62,701 bases of DNA from positions 1 through 62,701 of IMG/VR virus record IMGVR_UViG_3300044911_000843. One strand, given 5' to 3'. The notes beneath the pieces were generated by a model, which made no database searches, had not been told where the DNA came from, and saw only the letters and a program-made list of their open reading frames with translations. Below, piece after piece: positions 20,151 through 29,178 of the stretch. Both the position numbers and the translations under genes were made by a program. The stretch's first letter is position 1, and every line of letters starts with the position of its first letter. The stretch comes from a virus (lineage: Duplodnaviria > Caudoviricetes).

Positions 20151-20681
20151 CTAACCACGAGCAATCTTCTCAAGCGCGCTTGTTTTCTGCGCGGAGCCAG
20201 CAGAACTGCCGACCCAATATCCAACCACCGCAGTGAAAGAAGTACCAAGGCTACCCAACATGATATTGGCGAGCGTCTGGGAACTCTCTGGGATTTCTTG
20301 GCGGATCACAAGATACAGCATTGCAAAGAAGCCGAACGTGATCAGCGTGCTGATGATCGGGGCACCCCACGCAATCGCTGAACCAGTCTCGGCAAGCTTT
20401 ACCGTCTGGCTACGGGCGCTGGCCACGTCAGCAAGCTGAGCCTGCAAGGTATCAAACTGCTGGCGGCGGGCGTCGGCTTCAGCCTGAATGATCGCCATCT
20501 TAAACTGCAAGGCTAGGTTCGGGTCAGCAGCAATAGCCCGCTCCATATCCGTAGCGTCGTCGGTGCCCAACAGGTTGCGGGCGATGCCGGTGATTTTCGT
20601 TACTGCGGCACCAGTCTTGTCTCCCATGATCCAGCTAGCGACGGTCGGCGCGATGCCGAGCAGCAGAGGAAGAAATGGCAT
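20151..20681 (-). CDS. Holin (3TM-type)
   Basis: Next to the endolysin; DVASAR motif, two C-terminal TM helices, YWVGSSAGS.QK. Confidence 0.7.
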   Translation of the reverse strand: MPFLPLLLGIAPTVASWIMGDKTGAAVTKITGIARNLLGTDDATDMERAIAADPNLALQFKMAIIQAEADARRQQFDTLQAQLADVASARSQTVKLAETGSAIAWGAPIISTLITFGFFAMLYLVIRQEIPESSQTLANIMLGSLGTSFTAVVGYWVGSSAGSAQKTSALEKIARG

Positions 20682-21259
20682 CAGACGGCTCCCCCACGGG
20701 CGTACAGGAGATCGCTCAGAAACCCGCGATGATACCCGGCAATCAGGTCGGCTTTGTCGGTCCCGTTGATGATGCGCCGCGCCCCGACCGGGTCATCGAC
20801 CGTGTCGTTGAAGTACATCTCAAGGCACTTGCCGGTGAAGTCGCCAACACTGCTGTCGGCTTTCATCATACCCTCAAACATGATGGCGGCGGCGATGTGC
20901 GCGACCATGGCGAGGTCGAGATTGCCCAGCAGGTTGACGCCCAGCAGTCGGCCCATCTTGCGGTAGTTCTCTTCCCACGTGAGCTGCACGTAGCCACGGC
21001 CATACCACGGGTAATACCGCAGGTTCCGGCGCCGCCAGTCTTCGGAGAGCCAGTAGGCTTCGCGAACCGGCTGCATGGTCATGTTCGTCTCGTGGTAGGT
21101 CGTGGCGAGCATGTAGGCCAGCCAGCGCAGGTCCGTCAGCTTGCGCGCCTCCCACTCGTCGAGGATGGCGTCGATGCCGTTCACCTGATCCTGCGTAAGC
21201 GTGCCGCCGAACAGGTCCGGGCGGATGCCGTCGAAGAATGCCTTCCGGTTCGTACTCAT
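20681..21259 (-). CDS. Endolysin, glycoside hydrolase family 19-like
   Basis: YMLATTYHET..PVRE, YGRGYVQLTWEENY, ARRIING.D. Confidence 0.88.
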   Translation of the reverse strand: MSTNRKAFFDGIRPDLFGGTLTQDQVNGIDAILDEWEARKLTDLRWLAYMLATTYHETNMTMQPVREAYWLSEDWRRRNLRYYPWYGRGYVQLTWEENYRKMGRLLGVNLLGNLDLAMVAHIAAAIMFEGMMKADSSVGDFTGKCLEMYFNDTVDDPVGARRIINGTDKADLIAGYHRGFLSDLLYARGGAV

Positions 21260-21274
21260 AGAATCCTCATAATC

Positions 21275-21595
21275 TTAGGGAGCAGGCTTTTGGGGCAAAA
21301 GTGGAGGTATATAACGATCACGCACAAGAAGCTCGATGCGGTCAAGCTGATGTCCTTGCCGGTCCTGCTCTTTCCGCAACGCCTTGGCATCGCCGCGAAG
21401 CTCGATCACAGAACCAGTGAGCGCATTAAGCGCCTTGTTATCTTCTGCATCACGCAAATCGCCTTTATCCACACGCTGCGCCAGCGCACGAAAGTCCGCC
21501 GTGAGGGTGCCCCACGCAATGAGGCCGCCTCCAACAATGGCCGCTAGACCCAGCCAGTCGCGTAAAGAAAGCGGCTGATTTTCACTAATGATCAT
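21275..21595 (-). CDS. Membrane-anchored coiled-coil protein (lysis module)
   Basis: N-terminal TM segment followed by heptad repeats. Confidence 0.6.
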   Translation of the reverse strand: MIISENQPLSLRDWLGLAAIVGGGLIAWGTLTADFRALAQRVDKGDLRDAEDNKALNALTGSVIELRGDAKALRKEQDRQGHQLDRIELLVRDRYIPPLLPQKPAP

Positions 21596-21650
21596 AATTC
21601 ATCCTCCCCCGAGGATTAACGCATTTATTGCCTAGGACACACCGCAGCGT
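21591..21650. repeat. 60-bp direct repeat, copy 1 (copy 2 at 25361-25420)
   Basis: 55/60 identical by manual alignment. Confidence 0.9.
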
Positions 21651-21801
21651 GCTGCACCCCGGTTTCCCGGTGCAGCCTGCCAATGTGTTCCACCATCTCC
21701 GCTTCAGTGCCGGTAAATGCATGGCCGGTGCTATCGTCAACATGCCCGTCGATAATCGGGCGGACCCACCAAAGGGGTTGGCCGTTTTTGCGGTTACTCA
21801 T
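21625..21801 (-). CDS. Hypothetical protein (58 aa)
   Basis: MSNRKNGQPLWWVRP...HAAVCPRQ; GAGGG RBS. Confidence 0.6.
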   Translation of the reverse strand: MSNRKNGQPLWWVRPIIDGHVDDSTGHAFTGTEAEMVEHIGRLHRETGVQHAAVCPRQ

Positions 21802-21836
21802 AACGTCCCTCACGAAAGACAGGGTTGGCGTGGTGA

Positions 21837-22040
21837 TCACGGTGCGCGAGCCAGTTCGGCCAGCCACCCGACCAGCCGCGCGCTGAGTGTGTGCGAGCCG
21901 GACCCGTCGTCGGCGTAGTCGATCCCGTCCACATCCGAGAGCGCCACGAGGCGGGCAATCTCGGTGTGAGAGAACGCGGCGCTTCCCCCGCCCTGCTCGC
22001 ACCGGGCCACGCAGTCGGTTAGAAACTCTGCATCGCTCAT
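21837..22040 (-). CDS. Hypothetical protein (possible fibre chaperone)
   Basis: 67 aa, ATGA-coupled to the fibre gene. Confidence 0.5.
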   Translation of the reverse strand: MSDAEFLTDCVARCEQGGGSAAFSHTEIARLVALSDVDGIDYADDGSGSHTLSARLVGWLAELARAP

Positions 22041-24961
22041 GACAGGCTCACATTCACACAGATGACAGCGACCCCACCAGTATCTGTGTCGCCTGTGTAG
22101 GTCGAGGCCAACGCGCCCGTGTTGCTGACGTGATAGGTCGCGCGGGACACCACCCCCGACGCCGACGTTGCCGTGATGACTTCGTCGTCGCCAAGCGAGC
22201 TTTGGTTCGCGGGCGGCGTGCCGCCGTCATAGACCGCGCATCCGACGACGACACAGGGAGACGTGCCTGCCGCCATGCTCTGCGCTGCAACTCCGGTCGC
22301 CGCGCCAGTAATCTCCACGCGGGCATTTAGGCGCGTCCAAGTGTCACCAACGACCGGGTCGCTGGGGCGGAATACCATGACGCTCATGGTTTGGCCTCGC
22401 GAAGCCAACGCCATACTGGTTACTGTCGTTTCCGTGCCAAGCAGTATTTTGACGTAGGCGCTGATGCGGCAGGCACGACCTGTTGCGTTGGAAAACTGCT
22501 GGTTCACCAGCGTCCAGTTTGGTGATGCGCTGGTATCAGTGACGGAAACGAGCGCCGGGGCCGAGTTTGTGTTGTTCTGCGCGAAGCTGATGATGTACGC
22601 ATAGTCGCCCGCCTTGATGTCGGTGGGCATGGTGATGGTCGTGCTATCGACAGATGTCGCGCTGGAGACAAGCGACATAGCCAGCGGCGGATTGAGGACG
22701 ATGGTCGGATTGGCTGGTGTTGGTGCCGTGTTGATGATCGGGTAGTCTGGCGTGATGACGCCACGCGACCACTCTGCGCCGAAGCCGGAAGGCATGCCCG
22801 CCAGAAGTGCCGCGTCAGATAGACCCGTGACGCCCGTAGTAACGCCAGAGCCGACGCCGACCGCGTTGCCGGAACTGTCGATGTCCCAATAGACATCCGT
22901 GGCCGTGACGCCCGCTGCGCGAATGGCGATGGAGCCGCCGACACGCGATGGCGCAGACGGCACGCCGAGACTGTACGCCTCGTTTATGCTGCTGCCTGCG
23001 ATGGCCTGCCCGATCAAGCCGCCGACGCCTGAAGTTCCTGTAGCGTTGCCGAACGCAAAGATAGACGTGACCACGCCCGTATCACGAAGCAGGCCGATGG
23101 CACCTCCGATGCTGGTCGTGCCCGACACGTCGCCCGACGCCCAGCTTTCATCCACGGTGCCATAGTTCTGGCCGACAATGCCGCCAATGTTGCTGACGGT
23201 CGCGGTAACGTCTCCGCTCGCACCGCAACGCTGAACGACGGCAGTAGAGATCGCATTGAACCCGACGATGCCCCCGCAGCTATTGCCGCCGTTCACATCA
23301 CCATACGCACGACAATCTTCCGTCGTGCCGTCGCCCTGATAGCCGACGATGCCGCCAGTGTAGTTGGCGCTGTTGAGGTTGTCTGAGTTGTTGAGAGCGG
23401 CATAGGACGTGCAGTTCTGGATCAGCGACGTGGGGCTGTCACCCACACCGGGCAACCCATTGTCGCCTGCGATAGCTCCCATCCACGAACCTGTGGTCAG
23501 GAATGAGTCAGTGTCGCCGTCCGCTGCCATCAAATCGCGGCTGGCGACGGTCTGCGAGATGCTGACTTGCCAGTTTCCGCCACCAAGGTTAGCCACGACC
23601 TGCGTGCCGTCCGCGATGATAGACCCCGGCACGGAGTTTGGGGCGTAGATATACAGACCAACAGCCATCCCGCCGAGGTCGGTGAAGGTGACGTTCATGG
23701 TCGTACCGGAAATCGAGGCCGTACCCGTCCAGCCCGCCGCGTAGTCCCCGACTACGGGGGTCGGCGCGTATCCTTGCGGCGCAGTAGTAACGGCAGATGA
23801 ATTGGTCACACAATTGTCGATCAGGCCACGGTTCGACGCAACCAGCGGGGATTGATAGGTGTTGTAGCACTCTCTGCTGATGACAACGGTGGCGTTGCTT
23901 GTGCAGTTCTTGACCGTGCCCGCACCTTGCGCGACGCCGCCCGACGTGTACGCAGAGTATCCTGAGGTATCCACGCCGATACTAAAGGTGTTGGCCGACA
24001 GCGACGTGATCGTATAGGTCGTGTTATTCACCTCTGTCATACCGACGACGTTTTCAATATGAATACGTGAACCAGTCGCCATGCCGTGAGCGGTAACAGT
24101 GACGACGCCCGGATTGGCCTTCGTGATCCCGGTGATTGTCTTATCTGGCCACTGCTCATTGCGCCCGACGAGGCCGCCATGCTGGCCGCCCGAGGAGGAG
24201 CCGTAGACTGCCATGTTCGAGGTGACGTTATCGAGCGTGCCACGGAGAGAGCCAACCACGCCGCCGATTGTCGTTCCAAGTAGATAACGTCCATCGCTTG
24301 CGATGGTCTCGCGCTCCCACGCCGTTTGCGTAAGTGTGCCGTGAACAGTCAGGTTCTTGACGGTGCCGATGCCGGAATTGTTCCCGACGTTGCCAAAAAG
24401 CCCGTCTTCCAAGCCGGGAGTTGCTGACGTGTCCAGCAAGCTGAAATTGCGGAGCGTGTAGCCAGCGCCGTCGAATGTGCCAGTGTAGGGCGTGGCCGAC
24501 GTGGTGCCGAGGGGCGATTCTGTAAACACGCCGTCATATTCCGCGTTGTAGCTGCCCAGCATCGTGACGTTGAGCGTTGGGTCCGCGTTTAGCAGCACGC
24601 TCAACTCGGGCAACGTCCGCACAGTCCCGACGCCCGACACGAAGAAGCCTGCCCCCCTGCCCACGCTCTGCCAAGCACCATCAATGTAGAAATAGAAAGT
24701 GTCGTTGGTTGCATCGACAACAACCGGAGCAAACCCCGTCTTAGATATTGGCGTACCAGTTGGTGTGCCTGCACAAGTTGGAATATAGATAAAACCGTCC
24801 GTTGCGTTCGTGGCAATCAACCCGCCGCCGATAGACACATTATTATTTGCGTCGATGGCGATACCCACAGTGCCGCCGCCCTGCAATTCCAGCACGCCAC
24901 TGTCATCCGCAGTCTCCGCGATGCCGTTTAATGTGCCAGTCGAGTTAATTATTGAAGCCAT
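22037..24961 (-). CDS. Large fibre / receptor-binding protein with GLUG-like repeats
   Basis: Repeated GGIVG/GGLVG.N..G.V units; ITGITKANPGVVT..HG..GMTEVN (E1-FCCH-like) insert. Confidence 0.75.
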   Translation of the reverse strand: MASIINSTGTLNGIAETADDSGVLELQGGGTVGIAIDANNNVSIGGGLIATNATDGFIYIPTCAGTPTGTPISKTGFAPVVVDATNDTFYFYIDGAWQSVGRGAGFFVSGVGTVRTLPELSVLLNADPTLNVTMLGSYNAEYDGVFTESPLGTTSATPYTGTFDGAGYTLRNFSLLDTSATPGLEDGLFGNVGNNSGIGTVKNLTVHGTLTQTAWERETIASDGRYLLGTTIGGVVGSLRGTLDNVTSNMAVYGSSSGGQHGGLVGRNEQWPDKTITGITKANPGVVTVTAHGMATGSRIHIENVVGMTEVNNTTYTITSLSANTFSIGVDTSGYSAYTSGGVAQGAGTVKNCTSNATVVISRECYNTYQSPLVASNRGLIDNCVTNSSAVTTAPQGYAPTPVVGDYAAGWTGTASISGTTMNVTFTDLGGMAVGLYIYAPNSVPGSIIADGTQVVANLGGGNWQVSISQTVASRDLMAADGDTDSFLTTGSWMGAIAGDNGLPGVGDSPTSLIQNCTSYAALNNSDNLNSANYTGGIVGYQGDGTTEDCRAYGDVNGGNSCGGIVGFNAISTAVVQRCGASGDVTATVSNIGGIVGQNYGTVDESWASGDVSGTTSIGGAIGLLRDTGVVTSIFAFGNATGTSGVGGLIGQAIAGSSINEAYSLGVPSAPSRVGGSIAIRAAGVTATDVYWDIDSSGNAVGVGSGVTTGVTGLSDAALLAGMPSGFGAEWSRGVITPDYPIINTAPTPANPTIVLNPPLAMSLVSSATSVDSTTITMPTDIKAGDYAYIISFAQNNTNSAPALVSVTDTSASPNWTLVNQQFSNATGRACRISAYVKILLGTETTVTSMALASRGQTMSVMVFRPSDPVVGDTWTRLNARVEITGAATGVAAQSMAAGTSPCVVVGCAVYDGGTPPANQSSLGDDEVITATSASGVVSRATYHVSNTGALASTYTGDTDTGGVAVICVNVSLS

Positions 24962-24980
24962 GACGAATTCCTATTGTGCG

Positions 24981-25289
24981 TCACAGACCAGCGTCCCGCC
25001 AAGCGCCGCCGCTGTAGAAATAAAGCTTGCCGTTGGTTGCATCGACAACAACTGAAGAAAATCCAGTCTTAGCTGTTGGCGCACCAGTTGGTGTGCCTGC
25101 ACAAGTTGGAATATAGACGAAGCCGTTCGTTGCGTTCGTGGCAATCAAACCGCCGCCGATAGTCGCATTTCTTGTTGCGTCGATGGATATGCCGATGTTC
25201 CCGGCACACTGAAGTTCCAGCACGCCGCTGGCATCCGCCGTCGTTGCGAGGCCGCTTGATGTACCAGTCGAGTTGATTATTGAAGGCAT
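24981..25289 (-). CDS. Stand-alone paralogue of the N-terminal ~100 aa of the 22037-24961 fibre
   Basis: MPSIINSTGT..GVLELQ..IATNATNGFVYIPTCAGTPTG vs MASIINSTGT..IATNATDGFIYIPTCAGTPTG; GAGG RBS before ATG 25289. Confidence 0.75.
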   Translation of the reverse strand: MPSIINSTGTSSGLATTADASGVLELQCAGNIGISIDATRNATIGGGLIATNATNGFVYIPTCAGTPTGAPTAKTGFSSVVVDATNGKLYFYSGGAWRDAGL

Positions 25290-25360
25290 GGTAACCTCTA
25301 AAAATAAACCAGCGCGAGAAGTAGAAGGAACATTTTCATGCTGGGGTCCGTTCACCAAAA

Positions 25361-25420
25361 ATCATAATTCATCCTCCTACGAGGATTAACGCACTTATTG
25401 CCGAGGGCACACCGCAGCGT
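25361..25420. repeat. 60-bp direct repeat, copy 2; includes a remnant 3' end (..AAVCPRQ*) of the 21625 gene
   Basis: Manual alignment, offset 3770 bp. Confidence 0.9.
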
Positions 25421-25427
25421 ACCGTGA

Positions 25428-28166
25428 TCATGGTGTCCACTCGATCACGATGCTGCCGTCGCCGCCAGTGCCGCCCGCGCCGCCCGTGGTGATGCCACGG
25501 CCACCACCGCCGCCGCCGCCGCCGCTACACCCGCCATTGCCCCCTGCTGCGCCCGTGGCGAGCGTCACGCCAAGACCGCCGCCACCACCACCGCCAGAAC
25601 CCGAACCAGTGCCCGAGCCGTCGTAGGCGCAGGAGCCCGCACCGCCGACGCTTGCGGCAGTCTGGGAGGAGCTTCCGCCACCTCCGCCAGAGCCGTTGGA
25701 ACCAGCAGCGCCGGGTGTAGCTGTACTGGTCGAGCCTGCGCCGCCCGCCGTGTAACCCGCAACCGTGGTCGAGGTCATAGCCTCGCTGCCAAACGTAGCG
25801 GACGTAGAAACAAGCCATTCCGTACCACTGATAGCCGATAGGAGGACCGTGTTGGCCGGTGCGGACGCGCTGGTCACTACCGCTCCGACAATCATCGTTC
25901 CTGTCACGGCAGAGACAGTGAGAGTCGTACCCGCCATTGATCCGGTAAACGAAGCAGTGACGGGAGGAGTTGGGTCGTAAGAGCGACCACCGTTGCCGCC
26001 CACACCCGCCGTTCCATCGACGCCTATCGTGCCGTTGTCAGCGGCACCGCCGCCGCCACCACCACCGATAAGGATATTGCCGAAACCGTCGCCAGCTATC
26101 TTGCCCGCACCGTTGGGGCCGCCCGCGCCGCCGCCGCCGCCGCCAGAACGCGCGCCGCTGCCCGTCAGACCAGAATTGCCACCGTTGCGGACAAATGTTC
26201 CAGCCCCCTCGCTCCCCGCGCCGCCAAGCGCGTTCGTGGCGGGAGCGCCATTACCTCCGCTCATTGCCTTGAGGGTCGTGACATTACTGAAGTACGTAAA
26301 GGTGGCCGCGCCGCTACCCCCAGCGGCCACGCTGAACGTGATGGGCGTCGAAGGCGTAGCTGGACAGAAGTTTCTGATGGAGGAATACGCCCCGCCGCCA
26401 CCGCCACCGCCAGAGCCGTCAACCAAATCCGCCGTCCCACCGTTGCCGCCCGACCCCAAAGCGCGAATGATGTTGTTGGCGCAATTGAAATCAGGCGCGG
26501 AGACCGACAGGTCGAGCGGGCTGGTCGATCCCGGCGTCAATACCAGATACTTGCGAGGGTTAGGCGGTGCCGGTGCCGCAGGGATAGGCATGTTTGCGAG
26601 ATACGGATATCCGCCTGCGTTGGCGTTTTGGAGCCAGTCTCCATCAAAGTTAGTCGGTAGCCCCCCTAGAAAAGCTGCGTCTGTCAGGCCCGTGATGGCC
26701 GCGCCGGGTGCTGCATTCGTGCCGCAACCTACCGACAGCCCGCTTGTTGTCGTGTTCCAGTAGACGTTTGTGATGCTGCCGATGTTAGCGCAGACACCCG
26801 CCGCGCCAGCGATAGCAGACATTCCGTTAACTGCCGAAAGAGTGTAGGCCTGATCTATCGTGCCCGACGATGGAGAGTTGCGCCCTATTGTTCCTCCCGC
26901 AGCGGCATTGCAATACGTCGTACCCCAGCCGAAAACATGATCGACTTTGCCCCCGCTGTAGTTATAACCAAGCACGGTTCCGCAAGAGCTTGCAGTGGCC
27001 CCGGTAACAGTGCCAGTCGAGTAGGCATGGTGCAGGTAGCCCGCGTTGACGGCGGCTACACCGCCCAAGGCAGTCACGGTTCCAGTGACTGCTCCCGTGT
27101 TGTACACGTAGCTCACGCGCGAGGGGGAGCTGCTCCCGTCTGCGTATCGAAGACTTGAGACGACGCCCCCGACATTGCGCGAACCCGAAACCGATCCCGC
27201 GTTGGAGCTATTGGTCAGCGTTCCACAGAAGACCGGACCTGTGACACCACCCGTCTCCCCCTGCCCATCGTTGGTCGTGTTCTGGAGGCTCACCGTAGAC
27301 TCGACCGTGATGTTCGTGGCAGTGGCGCACTGCGTTCCGCTGTAGCCCAGCGCGCCAATGGCAGCGCCCAGATATGCGCCAGACGTAGAACACGGGGGCG
27401 TCGAACATTGCTGCGTCTCGCCCGGTGATTCGCCCGTGGCTACCACGACCGAAAGGTTGTGTACCCGCATCGTATCCAAGGTGCCTTGGAAAAACGATGG
27501 AATGCACCCGGCAAGATTGTTGTTCGCCGTCAGAGAAAGAGATTGCGATCCTTGGCATTCAAGGTTTGTCATAGCTGTCGTACCGCGAACATCCGCGAAC
27601 AGGATACCGTTGTAGTTAAAGTAGCCGTTTATGGTCATGGCAAAGTTGCCTTTGACATTATCAACCGTTGCGTTGTCTAAGACGCCTACGATGCCCGCGA
27701 CACGATACGTCTGAAGATCACCATTCAGACTGGTCGATAATTGGGAAACAGTTCCCTGCATGTCGCAATTCTTCAGAGTACCGCCTGCGATCTCATTGAA
27801 AAATGAGACAGAAGAGGACACCGGCAGATCAGGCAGGCCAGCCGTGCTGTAGATGTTGATGTTTATTATTGGGAAATTCTGGCAGTCGAATATTCCGGTG
27901 TAGATGGAGCTTATGACATTTTGCGTAAACTGCCCATCCTTGCCGCCGTTATAGCGGCGTAGCTGAATAACATCAGCAGATGGATTTGCGTCAACCAAAG
28001 CGCCCAATTCACGCAACGTGCGAGCGTAACCGTGGCCAACGACCTGCCACGCAGGACCAGCGTCTGCTTCCATCACGGCGCGTGCTATGCCGACACTCTG
28101 TCCGTTAGCTACGCCAACGTTGAAAAACGCCAGTAACACCAAAATAAAGAGTGAAAACTTTTTCAT
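25428..28166 (-). CDS. GLUG-repeat / Gly-rich adhesin-like protein with an N-terminal signal-peptide-like segment
   Basis: ATG 28166 (ATGA overlap); MKKFSLFILVLLAFFNVGVANG-Q; GGV..G units; poly-Gly C-terminus ending GDGSIVIEW. Confidence 0.75.
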   Translation of the reverse strand: MKKFSLFILVLLAFFNVGVANGQSVGIARAVMEADAGPAWQVVGHGYARTLRELGALVDANPSADVIQLRRYNGGKDGQFTQNVISSIYTGIFDCQNFPIININIYSTAGLPDLPVSSSVSFFNEIAGGTLKNCDMQGTVSQLSTSLNGDLQTYRVAGIVGVLDNATVDNVKGNFAMTINGYFNYNGILFADVRGTTAMTNLECQGSQSLSLTANNNLAGCIPSFFQGTLDTMRVHNLSVVVATGESPGETQQCSTPPCSTSGAYLGAAIGALGYSGTQCATATNITVESTVSLQNTTNDGQGETGGVTGPVFCGTLTNSSNAGSVSGSRNVGGVVSSLRYADGSSSPSRVSYVYNTGAVTGTVTALGGVAAVNAGYLHHAYSTGTVTGATASSCGTVLGYNYSGGKVDHVFGWGTTYCNAAAGGTIGRNSPSSGTIDQAYTLSAVNGMSAIAGAAGVCANIGSITNVYWNTTTSGLSVGCGTNAAPGAAITGLTDAAFLGGLPTNFDGDWLQNANAGGYPYLANMPIPAAPAPPNPRKYLVLTPGSTSPLDLSVSAPDFNCANNIIRALGSGGNGGTADLVDGSGGGGGGGAYSSIRNFCPATPSTPITFSVAAGGSGAATFTYFSNVTTLKAMSGGNGAPATNALGGAGSEGAGTFVRNGGNSGLTGSGARSGGGGGGAGGPNGAGKIAGDGFGNILIGGGGGGGAADNGTIGVDGTAGVGGNGGRSYDPTPPVTASFTGSMAGTTLTVSAVTGTMIVGAVVTSASAPANTVLLSAISGTEWLVSTSATFGSEAMTSTTVAGYTAGGAGSTSTATPGAAGSNGSGGGGGSSSQTAASVGGAGSCAYDGSGTGSGSGGGGGGGLGVTLATGAAGGNGGCSGGGGGGGGRGITTGGAGGTGGDGSIVIEWTP

Positions 28167-28753
28167 TGGAATGCCTGTCCTCCCACGAAGCCAGACCAAG
28201 TTGTGCCTCCATTAAAGGTAACAAAAGAAATTACATCGTAGACGCCGTTGGTCGTGCTTAGAACTGGTGCCGCTGCTGACGGCCATTTTACGGAAGCGCC
28301 CCACGCTTGGGTGTAGGTGCTGCCATTGGCAGTTAGCACCAGCGTGAAAGCAGTTGCGCCTGCGGGAGCGTTTGAAATCGTGAAGGTCGTGATGTTAGCG
28401 TTTGATGTAGTCGTGTAGACCGTAGCGTTGCCACTAAGATTGATTGTCAGTATGTTGTCCGTAATAGATACCGCCGATACCGCCTCAACGAGGCTCTTAA
28501 TCCGCGTCCAACATCCGGTCGGCCCCGCAGTCGGCGTGACTTGATACAAGTCGTCCGCCGCCGCGCACGGTGTCGTGCCCCATGCGAACTCTCCACCCGT
28601 GGCGAGGTCCATCACAATAACAACAGGAGGACGCGAGGTTGGGATCGCCTTGAGCGCGGCGATGTTGTTAACCCGGTACATGGTCGTCGTGGTCTGCCCC
28701 CACGCGGAGACAGGAGCCAGAACAAGCGCGAGGAGGAGAAGGAACTTTTTCAC
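28163..28753 (-). CDS. Fibre-like protein with a signal-peptide-like N-terminus
   Basis: GTG 28753 (GTGA overlap); MKKFLLLLALVLAPVSAWG-Q; C-terminal VKWP..P.LS..DVISF..GGTTW. Confidence 0.7.
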   Translation of the reverse strand: MKKFLLLLALVLAPVSAWGQTTTTMYRVNNIAALKAIPTSRPPVVIVMDLATGGEFAWGTTPCAAADDLYQVTPTAGPTGCWTRIKSLVEAVSAVSITDNILTINLSGNATVYTTTSNANITTFTISNAPAGATAFTLVLTANGSTYTQAWGASVKWPSAAAPVLSTTNGVYDVISFVTFNGGTTWSGFVGGQAFQ

Positions 28754-29142
28754 GCTGGGCTCCACGATCCGAGACGAGCTTGGGCGTACCACGTTGTGAC
28801 AGAGCGGCACTTGAGAAGGAGGTAGGCACCTTTAGTTGTCGCGGTGACGGTCCCGCCTGAAGTGGAAGCAAGGTCTTCCACGTAGATGGTGACACCACCG
28901 GGCGCATCCACCACGAGTGACTGGTCTTCAGCGACGGTGAAAGAGAACACGTAACCGACTACCGCCGCAGGCAGAGTAAACGTGACAGGGCCAGCCGCCC
29001 CAGCATTGTCGAAGTCTGAAGGATCGTCAGTGGCCAGTATCACGTAGTTGGTTGTCTTGGACGATATTGTCCGGTTTACTACACCCGTGAGAGTGGTAAG
29101 GGCTACACCGCCAGAATCGCCGTCAACTATTGTGGCCATCAC
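28750..29142 (-). CDS. Short fibre-like structural protein
   Basis: KTTNY..FTLPAAVVG..F.F motif. Confidence 0.6.
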   Translation of the reverse strand: MMATIVDGDSGGVALTTLTGVVNRTISSKTTNYVILATDDPSDFDNAGAAGPVTFTLPAAVVGYVFSFTVAEDQSLVVDAPGGVTIYVEDLASTSGGTVTATTKGAYLLLKCRSVTTWYAQARLGSWSPA

Positions 29143-29178
29143 GTCACCCGCGCCGCTGGTTGTTGGTGTCCCGCATCA

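Noticed and set aside
21465-21473. Perfect DnaA box TTATCCACA
   Set aside because: Single copy inside a coding region; plausible by chance
21591-25420. DGR template/variable repeat pair
   Set aside because: No reverse transcriptase in the window and the mismatches are not adenine-specific
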